This document shows, piece after piece, positions 1 through 14,519 of a stretch of DNA of 63,785 nt (position 1 is its first letter; every line of letters begins with the position of its first letter). The position numbers were made by a program, and so were the translations under genes. The stretch comes from Paraspadella gotoi. Its lineage: Eukaryota; Animalia; Chaetognatha. Location of the stretch: assembly GCA_051294375.1 (NCBI GenBank), contig CM119268.1:7650632-7714416 (forward strand), given 5' to 3'. The notes below the pieces were generated by a model. It did no database searches and had not been told where the DNA came from. It saw only the letters and a program-made list of their open reading frames with translations.

Positions 1-3000
1 TTTTTCTTCCGCCCACACGCGCGAATTCCAATCCCGTTGCGGAAAAAGCACCGCCTCTTGGTGCCAGCGATCGGGCTAAAAACATTTCGAGGGTGTAAAC
101 ATTTAAATAAAAAAGGCAAAAAACTCGGCGGAGGAGATTTAAAGGAAAATGAAATTTAACGAGAGAGCGGAGAGGGTATAAATTGCCGCTCGCGAGAGAG
201 AGAGAACGCAGATGTCTAAATTGGAGGACGAGTTGATTAGACGGATAAAAGTTAAAAAAGAAATAAAATGAAGAAGATGTGAGAAAAACGAAAAAAAATT
301 TTTCCTGAGAGTATTATCTGCAAGAGAGAACGAAGAAGAGAGATAAGAGGCTGAAGTAGGACGGTAGCGGTGACGGCGAGCGGAAAATTGTACGAAGACA
401 TCGAGAGAGAAAGGGGCCTCAGTACCTTCTCAGCGAATAGCAAAAAAAAAAAAAGCAGATCGAACAACCAACTCGATATACTAAAGAAAGAGCAAAAATA
501 CAAATAAAGTGTGGAAAAGAAGAAAGACGAAGAAACAAGCCGCTCAAAGCACGCAGGAAATAAAAGATACTCGAGGAGTACCGCTTAAGATTCTAAGTGT
601 GAGCGACTTCGTAGTGCTGTGCTCTCGATTTACATTGAATCTTTTGGATGATGATTCAGTGATTTCGCTGGATTATAGATCGTCTTCAGGCATGTGTGCC
701 GCCGACCTAATTATTTTTCTCGTATAATTTAATCTCTTATTCTTAAAACTATAAAGGCTCTTTAAAGCGATAAAAAAGAACATGGGAAGACGTTGGCAAG
801 ACTGGTTGCATCATTCAAGTCTCAGTGAGCCTATTTTGTTCACGCAATGTTGTTTGTGTGGATGTTTCCACGCGCGTGAAAACCAAACTGAAAGGAGAAA
901 GTCGTTCACAGAATTGACGGCAAATATTCACAAGGAAAAAAACGAATGATTATGGGATTCTGAGTGACACTAGTGGATTGGATGGAGCAAAGAGGAGAGA
1001 GAGGGGATGGAGAGAGAGAGAGTGAGGTTCCAGTTCCAGATCTCTGATGACCTCGACATGACTGTGTATGAAAGATAACGACACCATCATAAGTTTATCA
1101 CTGTTTTGGAGGAGATTTACTATAAGAAAGCGTTACGAGACTGACAAAGGTGGACGTTTTTTTTGTTGAACCGATAAAAATAGTAGAGGACATTGCAACT
1201 CTCTGGAGGGAGATGCGGACCCGGGCTCCCCGTCCTGTTGGGCAAAATGATTTCGCTGTTTTCACAACGAAATATTTTAATCATAGAACGTACATGTTTC
1301 GGCTTTGGACTCATTTGCGCCTGGAAAAAGAAGGCTTGAATCCAAAGCCGCCCGCGCAAATGTATTCCCGTCTAAATATGATAAATAAAATTCGTTGGGT
1401 GCTGAAACAAAAATCATTTTTGCCAAAAATACACTACAACAACGAAAAAAAAGGAGGGAAGCGGATCAAGAGGCCTACACTAAGCATACCACTATGACGA
1501 TAAAATTAAAATAAAAAAAAAAAAAAAAAAAACAAAAAAAGGCCGTAATGTAATAAAGTACAAAGTCTAAATATGTTTAGATGGAAGCTTAAAGGAAGCG
1601 ATCCTTGTTGTGCCTATGGGAGGATAAATTCCCATCAACCAGAGAGGTCGTCCGCGAATTATGGAAAAAAGTGCGAGTTGCCAAAACCAAAATCGTCGAC
1701 CCAATTTTTCGTTTCTCGGCCCGGACCCGCCATTCCCCAAAAAAAAAATCATTCTTCGCATTCCACCCCAATCTTATTCACTTTAAATTATTATTTAAAA
1801 AAGTTTTTAGCTTAGTTACAAAACTTGGTTAAAATATAATACTGTTATAAACTTGGATGATGATAATGTATGGAGAGAGGTGCTATGAGTATGGATAGTA
1901 GACATTTTAATAGTATATGATGGGTGTTTACGATGAGGGTTGAGTCCTGTTGATATTTTTTAAAAAAAAAGTTGTCTTCAGGCGGTATTTGTTTTGTTTC
2001 GTTGGTATTTTTTGACATCAAGTGGAGTATTACATCCACGATGGGCTCATTGCAGAAGGAGGGCGCATAGCCAAATATGTGAGAAACCTCACTCCATCTC
2101 GGAACTCCCGTAATATCCAAGTCAAAAAGAAAGAGATCCTCGCCATGGGCTGAAAAGATTTTAAAATTAAAAAAAAAAAAGGGAAAACCGATAAAGAAAA
2201 AAAAAACAAGAAAAGAAAAAATGGAGAGGATTTTTTTTGCGGGCTCTTCTCTCATCTACCCCTACATGATTCATCGCTGAGAGAGAGTAAACTGAGAATG
2301 AATAAGTATCGAAAGTCAAAGTATAATAAAGCAGAGCCATCTTCTATGGTCTTTGACGTTTCGCATAGCTTTGTTTTATTCTATTTATTTGACAGACAAA
2401 GAGGCTTGAATGTTGCAGTGAGGGGAGAATATTACAGGAAATATATAAAATGTCTAAGGAAACCTCCCGTAAGCCCCGATGGTTTATTAAGATAGCGCTT
2501 AATGGAACCGGGAAAAGAGAGAGAGGAGAGAGAGAGGAGATAGAGAGATAGTATAGATATGTATGTTTTAAAGAAAATAGTGAGAGAGAAGAGAGAGAGA
2601 CAGACGTAAGAGAGATTCCGGAGAGAGCGAGACGAGAAAGAGCGTGGGCAGGAAAAGAAGATGAGAGTACTATGGATGTACATTATTCAACCTCGTCGCT
2701 AGAGAGAGATCGCTGGATGCTGATTGTATCTTTTTTTTTAAGTTCATCATACTGTAAATCCAGGGGTCAACTAGGTTGAGTTTTTATATTTCAAACTTAA
2801 GATAGAGGACTTTCGGATTGAGACGTCCAATTCCTTTGGGGAGGAATTGATATGTGAATTGAAACTAATTATCTCGTATGAGCTCGAAGTATGGAGATAA
2901 GATTATATATTGAGATGATGAATTAAGATCTTTGAGTGTAAGTTTGAGAATAAGAATATGATCATTATAGGAGTGTTATGAGAGATGTGGGAGTTATGCG

Positions 3001-4378
3001 AGAGTTGTTGCAGGTTGAGGACGATTGAAATTACGGGGCAGACTTTTACCGCACGTAATTTGGTTTGGGCGTACAAGATAATTGCTCAGGAGGATAGAAC
3101 ACGCTAAACCAACTTTACCAAAGTGATTCGGAGGACGCATAATGAGAGAAGTAGAGAAGTGTAAGGAGAGGAGATATGAGGAGCAGAGAGACAGAGAGAA
3201 ATAGATAGAAAGACTGAACGACGAGAGAGAGAGACCTGATGAACGAGACGAGAAAGATGAGAAGAGAGAGAGATAAGTTTTGAGGACTGTGTTACATTTA
3301 CATACGATAGTACTACAAGTATTTCGCTCCTGGATTTGGACGAGCACGATAACATGCGGCCGGAGATTCTCCCGGGCGGCATGAGCGACGCTGCAAAAGG
3401 TCGGTGCCGGAGTGAGTAGCTGAGAGATATGTCATGGTGATAAAATGTCATGGGTGTAATTCCTGTGTCCCATCTAATAATGTAAATGAAGAGAGTCCCC
3501 CAAAGGTCGACGGCAAAGCGGACTCGAGAAAGAGAAAAAGAGAGAGAGCCAGAGCGGAGAGAGAAAAAAAAGGAGCGAGAGCGAGAGAGTGAGAGAGAGT
3601 CAATACTCCCGTCAAACGGTCGATTTTCCACAGTGGCTCGCTGGGACCTGGAGACGGGCGAAACCCCCAATGATGTTGGAGTTTGATGAGAAGGAAAACG
3701 GAGGCGGAGAAAGAAAGAAAAAGAAAAAAAAAAGAAAAAAAAGAAAAAGCTTTAAAGGTGGAAAAGACATAAATGGAAAAGGGCAGAAAGAAGAAAAGAA
3801 ATAAAGATACCGCTTCGTCTCTCGAAGGGGAAAAAGTGGAAGATAAGGGAACGAGAAAGAAGGTAGGGTAAAATAGGGGACGTGATGTCGCTCACGTCAC
3901 GTGATTGTGTGAAATACAGGGTGGAATCGGTGAGCCGTGAGTCTCGGCAGTGATCAATGGTCTATAAAGTGTTAATAAGAGTTAATAATAGTTTGAATTG
4001 AAAATCAAGATATAGAGAACTAAAATATAGAAAATTTAATGGTTGTGCGCAAGACACAATTAGTCAAAATTGAAAAATAAAACCTGGAATACACCAAGCA
4101 ATGATTTTTACGAATAAATTAAATTAAATTAAATCGTGACTTTGTCCTTGACATTGACATCCACAACTTCAATGACAGTCGCACTTTCGGCTTCTTTGAC
4201 ATCAAAATCCAGAAGATAAAAAACCAACAACAGCAACGACAATGAAAACATCAGCAACAACAACAACAACAACAAAAGATAAGGAAAGAGGAAAAGGGAT
4301 GAAATTATAAGCGAAGAAATCCCGAGAGAATCATCCGTCTCTTCGCGGATGAAGGAAAAAAGGTTTAGGGGTAGAGAT

Positions 4379-4432
4379 TTGGGCGGGATAGAGACGTTGG
4401 GCGGGATAGAGACGTTGGGCGGGATAGAGACG
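4379..4432. repeat. 18-bp minisatellite (TTGGGCGGGATAGAGACG)x3
   Basis: Three perfect adjacent copies read directly; each contains GGGCGG. Confidence 0.95.
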
Positions 4433-4665
4433 TTTCTTCTTTTTGGTGAGTCTCGCGAGGGAAATGGGAAAAGTCAGGGTAAGGCTGTTGTTGTTGTCGG
4501 TGTTGGAAAGAAAAGGCAATATGCAATACAGCGATATGTGTTCTATGCTCGAAGTCTTTAGGGTATGTCGACATGGCGACCATGCGGACCAGACGATTTA
4601 TATTCCTGGCGGCCTATACGCTTATAATCGGCCAATTTTTTTCAAACTTCAGCGAGACTTGACAC

Positions 4666-4716
<51 letters not shown>

Positions 4717-4789
4717 CTCTCTCTCTCTCTCCTGCTCTCTCTCTCTCCCTCTCTCTCTCTCTTCGGCGCATTCCCGAGCTGAGGATTCA

Positions 4790-6026
4790 CGGAACGGGAA
4801 GAAACCTTCAACAACCATCAACACAAATAACAACAACAACAACAACCAATCTTCTCGTCTCTCTCCTCTCTCTCTCTCTTGAGAAAGGACCTTCCCGGAG
4901 CCAAAAAAATCGGTATTATTGGTTGTCGCCCATTGGAAGGCCCGTCCCTCTTTTCTTTTTTTTTTCTTCTCGAGGAAGAAGAAGGGAGGAAGTTAAGCGG
5001 AGGGAGGAAGAGAAAGATGGGGAGAAGGAAGGAGGAAGAGAGGGGAACCGACAAAGACCCGCTGGAGATTGTTCTTCACCTAACCGTAAACGGACGGAGG
5101 AAAGGAAAGGAATCGTCGTTGAGAGGAAAGGCAGGAAAAAAAAAGGGAGGAGGAAAAATGAAAGGAGAAAAAGGGAACAAGAAGGAAGGGTGAAAGGGAG
5201 AACAGAGAGGTAAAAAAGAAGATGAGAAGTCCGACTGGACAAAAAAAAGAAAAAAAAGGTTCGTTGTTCGGTTGGAAAAGTAAAAGCTGCGGTCATAAAA
5301 CAAGATGGGAGATGGAAAGAAAGATTTAACGCGAGAGGAAAGATGAAAGACGAGGAAATGAGCTTTAAGAAAAAAGTAAATGACTCAGAAATTTTCATTG
5401 TAATTTATTCTAAACCTGAGTTAACTGTTTAGAATTGAATCCGTTAAGAATTGAATTAAATGTCAATTGAGGGAAGAACCGAAAGATGGGAGAGTAATTA
5501 AAAACCCGAGAGAGAGTGAGATGGAGAGAGAGAGAGGTGAGAGAAGAGAGAGAGAGAAAGAGAGGGAGTGAGAAGAAGCGATTTGCATTAAACTCTGCCT
5601 CGGGTTTCGCGCGTGAGAAGCGATCTCCGCCCGTTGTCTCCGGCCGCTTCTCGCCTTCCTCGATGTTCTTTCGTTTAAACAGAGATTTTTCAGGGGGGCG
5701 AGAAGGGGGCGGAGAGGGGTAGTAGTTGGGGACAGTCGGTTTTGAGTAGAGGGGGGGGCAAAGTGAAGAGGTTGAAATACAAGGAAAAGTTGTGAAGGTT
5801 TTCTTCTCGGGGAGAATTTCACGGGGTGAACGGAGATGATGTTTATTTTGAGCGAATCGAAGGTAAGGTGAGCTGAGGTAAGGTGAGATGTATTTTGACA
5901 ATAAAGCCGATGAGGTGAAAAGGTTTTCCTGAAGTGTCAGAGTTGGCGGCGTTAAGGGGGAAGTGACGAGGGGAGGAGAGAAGAAATCGTCTCAACGAGA
6001 GCGAGGAAAGGAATTTCCACGAGAGA
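4790..6026 (+). repeat. Segment re-occurring as an error-rich direct copy at ~9150-11478
   Basis: Colinear anchors, e.g. ggtcataaaacaagatg vs ggttcataaacaagatg, aaacctgag, gggacagtcggttttgag vs gggtacagtcggttttgag, and gaatttccacgag at the end. Ends at the 25-N gap 6027-6051. Confidence 0.8.
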
Positions 6027-9000
6027 NNNNNNNNNNNNNNNNNNNNNNNNNTAGGCCTCAGTATAAGCGTTTTCGTGTCGTAGTATGGTTTGTGCGTCTC
6101 TAATATTTTTTGGTAAGGAGTCGTATGTACGCAGATTCTTCAGAAGATTCGCTTAACCGTATCGAGTTCCTGGCAATCGAGAATCGTAGAGGCATGCTTG
6201 AAGAATGCCTGAGGAATGTGGTGGAAGAATGCCATGACGATTGCGTCTGATGCGGCCACCTGTGCAGGGTAAAGGAAAATTTTGAAATTTTGAATTTGTG
6301 ACATTTCGTGGCTCTGGTAACATTCGTGATATGAAAGCCACACTTTGTGGCGCCTCGCCATGTTCGTCTGAAGGTGAAGGGTTGATATCTTTCTTAGCCG
6401 GTCAGGTATTAATTTCGAGATCCGAGTTCGTTTCCTGCGGGGCGGATAGTGCGACATTTCAGAGAGAGAGTTTACGTGCATATCGTTATACCAAATCCGA
6501 CAACTTATATTTTTTAGTGTACCTTTCGGTTCCACATGGAATTCGCGATCGGCCCCGGCGGTGCCGTATTGTCCTTACAATTCGGGCTTCACTAATATTC
6601 ACGTTTCTTTAGTGGGCTACTTATCAAAGGATTCGGTGTGTAATATAAATGTCGAGTTCGAAGTCGGCCTCAGGAGTTCAGAATCCACCGCTTCGTGCTT
6701 CGATCTTAAGTGAAAAAGAAAGATTTATGTATTTGCTTCGTATATTTGGGAGTAATCGAATGGAATGAAACTAGACAGAATGTGATTTTTAATGATGCCC
6801 AAGATAGTTAGACCGAAATCATTTTAATTGTGGTTTAGGGTCAGTTATAAGTTTAGAAATATAATTTAGCTTGCTTCATCGTTCTCATTTCCCCCTAAGC
6901 CTTGTGTTCAAATTTCCTTCTAGTGGGTTCTCTCATTATGTGTATCGTCTCTTCCAGGCTGAGCGGCGAGGACATAAGAACCTGTTTTTATCTTGAGATA
7001 TTTCTACAAATGTGATGTTGAAATCTAGGTTTCTTCCTTAAATCGCTTAAATTTCTATTTTTTTTTATTCTTTCTACATTAACTTTATGCTTTTACTTTT
7101 CAATTAGTAGCTTAAAGTCTGCAGGGAATACAATACATTCTCAAGGATTGATCAAGATAATATTTTTTAAGATAGGCCTATGGATACGAAAGATTTATAA
7201 TATGTGGTGATTGGCTAACAGACGTTAAATTTAACAAATCGGGCGGATGTAACCATTTGAGTGACTACTGACGCGATGATACGCGACGGTGGTGTAATTT
7301 AATGAAGTGTGTTGTGCGGCGCTACTCGGCTGAGGTGCGAGAAGTGTACGTGTTAGGCGGGAGGGCAGGACCTCTCTCGGACAACGGCCTCTTGCGACCG
7401 TGAACTCATGGTCGGACCTTACTACGAAACCGCATAGGACGATAAATACGCGACCCGAATATAAGTTCGTGGAGCTGCAGGCCTCCGGCACGGCCTACAT
7501 GCGCTGCGGGCGACCGCGAGCGAAGACTGCTAGGATAGCATTGTCATTCGTTCTCTATCGCTGCTAGTTTCTGGTCTTCAAGGCGGCCGCAGCGGAGTGT
7601 GGGAGAGAAAATTAAAGGTGAATTATAAGAAATCTACTTACAACTCCGGTGAAGTCTATTATTAAGCGAGTCATGCTCTGCGTTGTTCTAAATTACTCTG
7701 CATGCTCGTGCTCAAATCCCACTCGTGTGCGTCTTTAACCCGATGCATAACTTTGAGATCTATTTTAGCCGTGTGTGCGTATACGGTCGTACGGATGCTA
7801 CATGTGTCCAGCTTCCTCCGCCCCGTTCCGACGATCCTGCTTGCGTCGGTGCCCTCGCCGTCGTCATGCCGCCTGTCCGAGAAATTGTGGAGACAGACCT
7901 GCGTTGTGTATATGCAGTTATATTAGTCAGTTTTTCAGATACAGTAATAACCCATAGCTTAAAGGGTATTATGAGTTGTAAGAGGTGGAGATATTACGGA
8001 GAAATAAGGTCACATGGCGCATTATTTAGTCAGTACTCAGAGCTGTTAATTTTATATCCCTTCATCTTCGACATCTCCACTGGCAGAGCCGAATATTTAG
8101 ATGCAATACATAGACGAGACATACAGGATAATATTGGAATGCTTTGCCATACCCAAATAGCAGGGTGGCGGTGTTACGAAAATCAACTGATCTCAATTAT
8201 TGCGAGGAAATCCAGCTATCTCTTAGCAACATTATTCCCCGTTGTCTGTATGTGCATACATTTTATATATATCTGACGAAATCCAGGAAAAAAAATGGCC
8301 ACCAGTTTGCAAAGAACGGATCGACACGAACATACTTTAGCCTGCGTGGTTTAGATTTAGAGTTCTACTTAGAGTACAGAGAAATATCCAGAAAGACAGT
8401 GTACAAAGCATAGATTCTGTGATTAGAAGATTTGCACCGATAATTAGTTCAGATAAGATTTACGTAAGATAGTAAGGATTATTAATCGAAGCTTTACTGA
8501 ACGCAGCGTCATCGTCTGTGCAGATCGTCAAGGTTTGTTCATCGTGGAAAGTTGGTGTGTAGACTTTTCAGTAGACATATAAGAGTGCTGTTGATGTAGA
8601 TATCTCGGAATACTTATTTTGTGTGAGATCGACTAGGATTTGCGTGGATTTTCATATGAGAGAAGCATCTAGCTGTTCTATAAGCAGTTAAAGGGTCAGT
8701 CGGCGTTCAGAAACAAGTTAACGGAAAAGCACCGTTTAAACTTGAATTTATAGTATAGTGCGTAGAGTTTGCCATACTTAAAAAATAGAATGGTGATATG
8801 TTATCGTTGCAGCCTAAGACTTCTACCATGACCCAGAGCGTGACTCAATAACATACTAGCAGAGCGTAAACTAACACTCATCAACTCACTCTACTCACAT
8901 CTCAAGCATCAGCAAAAACTCAAGCTTAAGATCTACATGTCAAGTCCTGGGCTTCGTAATAATCGTACTCCTTTCAGGCCTTAGCCGACGTCAATCTACG

Positions 9001-9149
9001 ATGGACTTTGTGCGGTCATCATCTACCAGGGCGTTTTGGAGCCGGCGCGCATCGTGCGCTGCTAGGCGCCGATTTAATACCCAGTCGATCTAAGGTCTTA
9101 ACAATGGCAAGAAATTAGTTCCAAGAGACAGTATAAGATTCAAAAGAGC

Positions 9150-11478
9150 GAGCCACTTCTCCGAACTTAGTCAAAATCACAAAGTACAACAATAACAAAA
9201 AACAACACAAAAACAACAATCTACATCTCTTCAATATAAGCTGAGAACAAAACAAACTTGTAACCGAACGAATCCGTATGCTTCACTCGATGAAAAGTAA
9301 GAAAATAAGGTTTCCTCTTTCTTTTTTTTTTCCCGAAAAGAACTAAAAAACTGATAACTTTCGATCGAAAGTAAAAGTAGTCAACTTCTGGACCAATGCG
9401 ATTCTCCTACATTCTATCATATTAAACATTCGTGCACGAAACATAAATGGATCTCCCATGACGCATTTCCAACTCAGAAGAGAAGAGATGAGACGTCTCT
9501 GCAGTCTTGAAGGAAGAACCTGCGCACGGAGCCAGAGAAAGAGAAGAAGACGATGAGAGATTGTATGATGAGATCGATGGATGAGATTTCGAGACGCAAG
9601 TATGGAAGGACAAGCCCGTTCCTTCTTTTCTTTTTTGTCTTCATCGAGGAATGAAGAAGGGGGAGAGAATAAGGCGAGAGACGTGAGTTAAAGCAAGAGA
9701 AATTAGAGCGAGCTAAGACGGCAGGAAGTGAGTGAGAGAGTGACATTGTCCAACCAGACAAGTATTATTCCGGCAATAGAGCGTAACATTGAGATATAAG
9801 TTACATTGCACACTCCCGAAAGACCAGTAAACAACGTTGGACGGAAGAAAGAATATGGAATAATATTTCAAGGATCGTTGATGAGGAGAGAAGGAGAAAA
9901 AGAAGGAGGAAGGGAGAAAGAGAAAAGAAAGAAAGAGGAAGGGAGAGGAAGAAAGGGAGAAGAGGAGGAGGGAGAGAAGAGGAGAAAAAGAGAGAGAAGG
10001 TGATGAGAAGATGACCAGAGAGAGTAAGAAAGAAGAGATAGAAGGAAGGTCGGAAGACTGGACGAAACAAGAAGAGAAAGAAGAAAGAGTTGTGTTCGGA
10101 TGATGGAAAGAGAGGTAAAAACGACGGTTCATAAACAAGATGAGAGATGAAAAAAGTTAGAATGATGACGGAAGAAAGATAGAAAGACGAAATGAGAGCT
10201 TATAGGAAAATAAGTAAAATGACTAAGACCAAAATTTTCATGTGTCATGAATTTAATTTAACCTGAGGTATTAAAACATGTTAGAGCGAAAATTGAGAAT
10301 CGTTAAGAAGTTGAATAAATCAAATGAGAGAAACCGAAAAGATGGGAGAGAAGTATCTATAAAACGGGAATGAATGATTCATAAAATGGATGACTAATTA
10401 ATACACTCTACTAAATTTTAAAAAAGAATGACGTAACTTAAGAGAAACGATCACCCCTACATTAAAATGTATAAGAATGAAGATACGAGCATAGATGTCT
10501 TTAATCTTAATTAAATAGCATTATGTGTCTGTGTTGATTGAGACTTTAAGGATAAAAAATAAATTAAGTGTGTGCTAAAATCATATTCGAAGCTCTCTTA
10601 TGCGTGTATTTTGACTTTCGAGAAGCGGTGCGTACGTCCCTACGGAGATGTCGTTTCTTCCTCCCCGAGCGAAGGAAAAGAGTGGAAGAGAAGAAGAGTC
10701 AGATTTGAGAGAAAGAGATATGAGGAGAGATATGATTTATGAAGAGATGAGAATGTGTATGATTCACAACCGAAGTACTGAGTAATGAAGTAAAGAAGGA
10801 AGGATGAAACCCAAGCGGCGGAGAAGAAAGGAGAGGAAATTTGAAAAAGAGGAAAGGAAAGAGAAAGTAGAGAGGAGAATCAAGAAATAATGCAGTAAAC
10901 TACTAGCAATCGAGTATCGCGCGTGAAGATCCTAACGATCTGGCGCGTTGTCTCCGTCCGCTTCTGCGTCCTCCTCGATGTAATCTTCGTTTCAGAGCTT
11001 ATTTCTAGGGGGGTGCGAGAAGGGCGGGATGAAGGGGGTAGTTGGGGTACAGTCGGTTTTGAGGGAGGGGTGGGGGCAAAGTAAGAGGTTGCAATACCAA
11101 GAAACAAGTTGGTGAAGGTTTCTCTATACTCGACAAAACCATTCAAGAAGCCAAGTAATGTAAAGAGAAATATAAGGGAGAGATTTCACGAGAAGTGAAA
11201 CGGAGTTATGATGTTTTATTTTGGAGGCGACCACGAATCGAAGCGTAAGGTGGAAGCTGAAGGGTAGAAGTGAGAACCGAATGATTTTCCCGCAATAAAG
11301 ACGGCGATGAGAATCGAACAGGTATTATCCGACAAGTAGTCAGAGTGCGGCCGTGGTGGAGAGCGGGAGGACCCACTTTGACGGGGGAAGGAAAGAGAAA
11401 CAATACCGTCTCAAACCAACAATGCATAAATTGGGAGAAGCGAGTAGGGAACAATATGGAGAATTTCCACGAGGAGAG
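9150..11478 (+). repeat. Noisy (raw-read-like) duplicate of ~4790-6026, with extra unaligned sequence
   Basis: Same anchor order as 4790-6026 with many single-base indels. Roughly 10360-10860 does not align. Boundaries are approximate. Confidence 0.75.
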
Positions 11479-12561
11479 GCGACCGTGGTTAAGTCCGTCC
11501 GCTTTCCCGACGCCCGGAGCGAGCCCGTTGTGATTTTCCCATAATCCTCGCGGTTCGTCTGTCTTTTTTTGCTTGACCGACAGAGCGACGGACGGGAAAT
11601 TTGTCGAGCAGGACTAAAGGCCAGCAGATTGCGGATACCATTCGGTCTCGGTTTTTGATGTAGTCGCTCGTCGTGCGTCCGACGCGTTCCGTGCGGTCGT
11701 TCGTTCGAGCTTCGCCAGGATTGCAACCGTGCGCCCGGCTGCATTAGTAAACGTCGTTTTTGCGTTGTATAATCAGATCGTCATCATCTTGCTGTATAGT
11801 TGCTCTTAATTCTTTCTTTTATGATCTGCTCCGGGGATAGTGTCTAGCAGTCAAACCCGACACATCGCGACACGAAGCGGAGAGAAGAAGCGCAGTGTCA
11901 CGAATGAGACCCATAATGCTGCCTCCTTTTAGACTTTCAGACAAGTTCCGGTTATTGAGAACGGAACGAATACACCGAAACCGACGTCCCGTCGTCTTAA
12001 AAGACGACGACTAGAGAAAGATGTCGTCGTCGTTGTCGTTCGTCGTACCCCTAGTCATCGTCCTTAGCCATTGTTGTGTTTTGGTCGCCCCGTTTCTTGT
12101 GGTTTTCTGCGGAATCGTTTCTCGTGGCCACTTTTGTTTTTTTCCTCTTCTACCATTATTGGCTTTGATGTTTTGTTTGCTGGGAAAATGACCTTAACAG
12201 ACGCCATTTTAGGATCTTTTTTTTTCTTCTTCTTCCTCCTTTTCCTTCCTTTCCTTTTTCAATTTCCTCCTCTTTTCTCCGCCGCTGTTTACTTACTCTT
12301 TTATGTTTTTAAGATTCGGTTGTGAAAAATTCACTTAAAAATCATTCAATGATTCATGCGGAGAGAAAAAAGTTTGGAAGAGAAAAAAAAAAAAAAAAAA
12401 GAAAAAAAGGAAAGAAAGAAAAAAAAGAAAAAAAAAAAAAAAAAAGAAAAAGAAAAAAAAAGGATCCTGAGGAAAGACGCCAGCTTCTTCTTCTCGCTTC
12501 TTCCAGCATGCAATGACTTTCTCACGATTTTCTTCTTTCTCTCTCTTCTTTCTCTCTCTCT

Positions 12562-12645
<84 letters not shown>

Positions 12646-12790
12646 CCTTTATATTTTTTTAATTTTATCCGCTCCATTGTTTTGACTTGGTCTTCAATTT
12701 ATCAATTGTTAGTTTTCAATATATTCGAACAATGCATCCTCACGCGCTCGCGCATCTGTTAACTAGTCTCTCTGCTCTCTCTCTCTCTCT

Positions 12791-12846
<56 letters not shown>

Positions 12847-13549
12847 CATTTCGTTGACGATGGAATGACGTCAAATTGGAATCCAATTTATGTTCGTCAT
12901 TTCTAACTTTAATGTCATCACTTTTTTCGATCCATGTCGTCAAAAAAGAAGTGACTGACTTTTACTTCTATCACGAGTTAATCAGTTTTTTTTTCTCTTT
13001 GGAAAAAAAAAAGAAAAGAAACTTTTTTTCTTTCTTTTCATCGATGATCATCGATTTTCGTTACAAAGTTTTTTTTTCTCCTTTTTAGTTTTTCCTTCCT
13101 TTTTCTTTTCCTTTTTTTCCCCCTTTTTTTCCTTTTTCCTCTCAGTTTCCACTCTTTCTTTTTTTAATGTTTTCACCTCCAAATTCGTAGCTCCTGACTC
13201 TGCCCCGCCCTTTTCTTTGCCTTCTCCGTTTTCCTAAGTTTTAAAACTAGTTGCTTCTCCTCTATTTTCTTATCTTATTTTCATCTTTCTTTTTTTCTCT
13301 CCTTCTCTTTTCCCCTCGTTTTTCTCTCTTTCTTGCTTCTCTTTTCATTATTTCTTCTTCATACCGTCCCAACCTCTTTCCATTTCTCCTTTCCTTCAAT
13401 TTCCCCTCATTATTCACTTTCCTCCCTCTTCTTCCATTTCCTCCCTTCCTTTACTTTCCTCTATTTCTTTTCTTTCCTCCCATCTTCTCCATTCTCTCCC
13501 ACATTCGGAGCCCCGAGCGTCAGCGACGGGGGAAAAGATGACATGTGCA

Positions 13550-13582
<33 letters not shown>

Positions 13583-14061
13583 TGATGGTGGCGCAGATGG
13601 ATGACTTAAGTCTAAAAGCTTTTTCACTTCTCCATCCGCTGCCGCCGCTGAAGCCGCTGGCGCTGCTTCCTGCATCCAGCAGCCGCCGCCGCCGCAGCTG
13701 TTGCTCCGAACGACTTTGGGTCGGCGTTATTATCGCTATCAGGGTCGTAGTAGTAGTCATCGTCGTCGTCGTCGTCGTCGTTATCGTCGTCGCTTTTTTT
13801 CCCGGCGTTATGGAGACTCTAGTTTCCGCCCATTGAAATAATTTTAGCCAAATATTTTTTTTCCTGCTTTTAATTTTATTTTAATAGTATCCCTCGCGCT
13901 CTAATTGAAAGTGAAAGCATAAAAGTTAAATGTGAAAGAATTAAAAAAAAAATTGAATTAGCGATTAGGAAGAAACCTAAATTTCAACTCATTTGTAGAA
14001 ATATACTCGATAAAAATTCTATTCGCGTGTCGCTCCATAGGAGGGAGTATAAACACACACA

Positions 14062-14106
<45 letters not shown>

Positions 14107-14424
14107 AGTTAAAATATTCCCATCGTGTCTCTTGTCACTACAGTGAAATATCCTGTCTGTATTTACTTGTAACCAATAAATTCAGGTTTTTCTTTTCCCA
14201 AAAAATCTTATCGTCTTATCCTTTCGTTGATTATTTATTTTTACTCTCAGATATAAAAAGGCGTTGATTGAAGATAAAAAAAAAGATGGTGAAATCGAAT
14301 CTCCGACGAAAAAAGGAGATAAATTTTTATTTTTAAAATAAATAAATTCGAGTTAAAAAGTTTTTTTTTTTTAAGTTAAAAATAAAATCGAGGGAAGAAT
14401 CTGCGATTAACTTCTAGTTTCCGA

Positions 14425-14462
<38 letters not shown>

Positions 14463-14475
14463 AACGACGACGACG
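14425..14475. repeat. (GAC)n microsatellite (representative of many in the window)
   Basis: Direct reading; similar tracts near 13550, 23280, 25920, 26640, 27040, 29080 and 60890. Confidence 0.95.
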
Positions 14476-14519
14476 AAAAAAAAAGACCAAGAAAAAATAA
14501 AAACGTAAATTTTGAAAAG

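Noticed and set aside
3913-3950. TACAGGGTG as a Tc1/mariner TIR start (also at ~28962)
   Set aside because: No matching inverted terminus was found.
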